Shown in pieces: positions 53,040 through 54,416 of a stretch of DNA of 54,416 bases. Position 1 is the stretch's first letter, and each line of letters opens with the position of its first letter. The notes beneath the pieces are model-generated. The model did no database searches. It was not told the origin of the DNA and saw nothing but the letters and a program-made list of their open reading frames with translations. The translations under genes and the position numbers were made by a program. Source of the stretch: Eledone cirrhosa (Eukaryota); the NCBI GenBank assembly GCA_964016885.1, contig CAXHJY010001526.1, positions 1-54,416 of the forward strand, given 5' to 3'.

Positions 53040-53270
53040 AGGAATTTATTAGTAAACAATTAACTGAGCCAACGAAGGAACTGTTACATGGTCGTTTTAC
53101 CTGCTAGAAAGAGAAGCCAAATCTCCATAGAGAGAATATCTTGGCTGGTTTACCACAGGAATGTATTACTAAACAACTATCTGAGCCAATGAAATAACTA
53201 TTACATGGATATTTTATCTGCTAGAAAGAGAATCCAAATCTATATAAATCTTGGCTGGTTTAACACAGGA
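53040..53270. repeat. ~118-bp tandem duplication
   Basis: CAGGAAT.TATTA.TAAACAA..CTGAGCCAA..CTGCTAGAAAGAGAA.CCAAATCT occurs twice. Confidence 0.8.
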
Positions 53271-53554
53271 GTTGTGTGTTTTGCTCAAGAACACAACACA
53301 CGACCCAACCCAGTTCAGGAATTGAACCCACGACATTATAATCGTAAGTCCAACACAATTACCACTAGGCCAGCCACCTCCACTTATATATAAATATATT
53401 TAATATATAACTAATACTAATATGACATTCTAAGTAAAATATAAGAGAAATGTAACAATCTGTTATGAACTCTAATATCATCTGTTGGTACCATGTGATC
53501 TATTATCTGTTCTATTATATAGAATTTGTCATGTGTGATGATCACCTACAGCTT

Positions 53555-54164
53555 TTAGTCTCTCACTAGTAGCTTGCTTCTCTCTTCCACACTCTATCTC
53601 TCTATCTCTCTCAATAGTAACATCTCTCCCAATCTGTGGTCACCTGCAGCTCTTAGTCTCTCACTAGTAACTTATCTTTCTCTTTTTCTCTCAACCTTTC
53701 TCAGTAGTAGCTTGTCTATCTCTTCCACTCTCACTCTTTCTCTTTTCCTTTCCTTTTTTACCTCTCTCAGTAATAGCTTCTCTCTCTCTTTTTTTTCCTT
53801 TCCCTCTTACTTCTCTCAGTAATAGCTTGTCTCTCTCTCTCTCTTTCTCTCAGTACTAGTTTGTCTCTCTCGCTCTCACTTCTCACTACTTCTCTCAGTA
53901 GTAGCATCTCCCCCCCCCATCCCCTCTATCAATCTCTGTGGTCTTCTGCTGCACTCAGTGTCAATAGAAGCAGCCCCCCTCTGTCTCACACACTCTCTCT
54001 CACACACATTCTCCTTTCCCCCCTCTCTATCTTACACTCTCCCCTCTCCACCTATCTCTCTCACTCACACTAACCAGCTACTTTTTTCTCTCTCTGAATA
54101 CACAGGACCTGGCCTACAAAGGTTATGGGAGCAGCCCCCTCCCTCCTTACTGCTTATATTAGAA

Positions 54165-54223
<59 letters not shown>

Positions 54224-54326
54224 GTGCAAACATTTTTTGTAGTATATCAGAAAATTGTGTAGGATATGTAATTAATTTAGCCTTGTGATATATATGGAAA
54301 ATGGACGTTAAAACGGCGATATGTGC

Positions 54327-54414
<88 letters not shown>

Positions 54415-54416
54415 TG
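53555..54416. repeat. CT-rich low-complexity tract and (CA)n, (TA)n, (GA)n microsatellites
   Basis: Direct reading. Confidence 0.9.

Overview
AT-rich, repeat-dense eukaryotic genomic DNA. The SINE, RTE and (TA)n landscape suggests a mollusc, most likely an octopus (inference). Nearly all ORF-track entries are microsatellite artefacts or decayed retrotransposon fragments. The one intact gene is an ~800-aa reverse transcriptase + GIY-YIG endonuclease ORF (1120..3522, minus). It belongs to a young Penelope-like element (PLE) of the Naiad type, with two identical 357-bp direct repeats and a complete minimal type I hammerhead ribozyme (HHR; 3727..3797). Short PLE-like 3' ends from several families sit in or beside (TA)n arrays elsewhere in the window. 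Many carry intact or decayed HHR cores, fold-back hairpins and a shared TTGAGY motif about 45-50 nt from the 3' end. The TA arrays themselves show internal inversions. The rest comprises RTE LINEs with a PHD-like finger, CR1 and CRE-like fragments, a decayed DDxD Tc1/mariner element, hAT-like MITEs, two tRNA-derived SINE families, TE-derived minisatellites and a few low-confidence host exons. All alignments and foldings were done by eye, so boundaries are approximate unless a motif is quoted.
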